The position numbers were made by a program, and so were the translations under genes. The notes under the pieces are model-generated. The model searched no databases. It saw only the letters and a program-made list of their open reading frames with translations, and was not told where the DNA came from. From Nostoc sp. PCC 7120 = FACHB-418 (GTDB lineage Bacteria; Cyanobacteriota; Cyanobacteriia; Cyanobacteriales; Nostocaceae), in contig NC_003276.1 in the NCBI RefSeq assembly GCF_000009705.1, positions 300,001 through 332,000 on the forward strand: 32,000 nt of DNA, in the 5' to 3' direction. This document shows positions 31,665 through 32,000 of the stretch, piece after piece. Position 1 is the first letter of the stretch. The number at the start of each line of letters is the position of its first letter.

Positions 31665-32000
31665 ATATTCAATTCACAATTTTTGCTTTTAAATTACCTA
31701 AACTTTATACTCTAGAATTTACTTAAGCACTTCATTACAGTTTCAAAGATAAGTGCAGTTTCTTGATAGCTTCTTGAATCTAATTTCATTAATTTCATCA
31801 TCGTAGTAACAGTTTAGATGATTGATATTAGAGATTAGGTTTAGCTTAATCCACTTATATTATCTATGGGATTAATATTTTTGGTTCTTCCGGTAGTTTT
31901 ATGGTGTTTATTAGAATTGACTTGATTTTAATAACTTATAATTTAGTGATATCAATGCCTATAAGATAGATTACATAGGCATTTAGTAAATATCAAGCAT

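Overview
The window looks cyanobacterial and Nostocales-like: it has more than 20 HIP1 GCGATCGC sites and STRR-like heptamer repeats. It splits into two accessory modules.

(1) Positions 777-10237 hold a three-gene peptide exporter on the + strand. It consists of a C39-peptidase ABC transporter (PCAT), a second ABC transporter without the peptidase motif, and a HlyD-type adaptor. Seven small minus-strand genes are interleaved with it. Each encodes a canonical double-glycine leader followed by a core of only 6-10 residues: PTWMIE, RVVVWAI, MLVVWAI, QVVVWAI, QQLVWAV, WVAYTDD and RTGSGGSGLG. Most of these genes fall below the ORF-track length cutoff. Six of them sit in a tandem array of about 630-750 bp units. 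Each unit also carries a copied 3' end of the PCAT gene, a hairpin terminator, an extended -10 promoter and what looks like a decayed second precursor gene. No maturase is visible in the window. This is the best candidate for a novel system: an amplified, diversifying cassette of probably unmodified secreted micro-peptides.

(2) Positions 12381-31593 are one giant RTX/T1SS-type exoprotein gene of about 5,800 codons if repaired. Recognisable domains are Calx-beta, nested LamG, CARDB, a Cys-rich module, TSP3-like repeats, an S8 protease, cadherin-like domains and RTX repeats. The gene is broken by a 1677-bp IS with 25-bp inverted repeats and an 8/9-bp target duplication, and by a 2-nt indel. About 320-bp direct repeats could restore the reading frame by recombination.

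Two hypothetical genes (10362-12207) separate the modules. All family assignments come from motif reading by eye; no searches were run.
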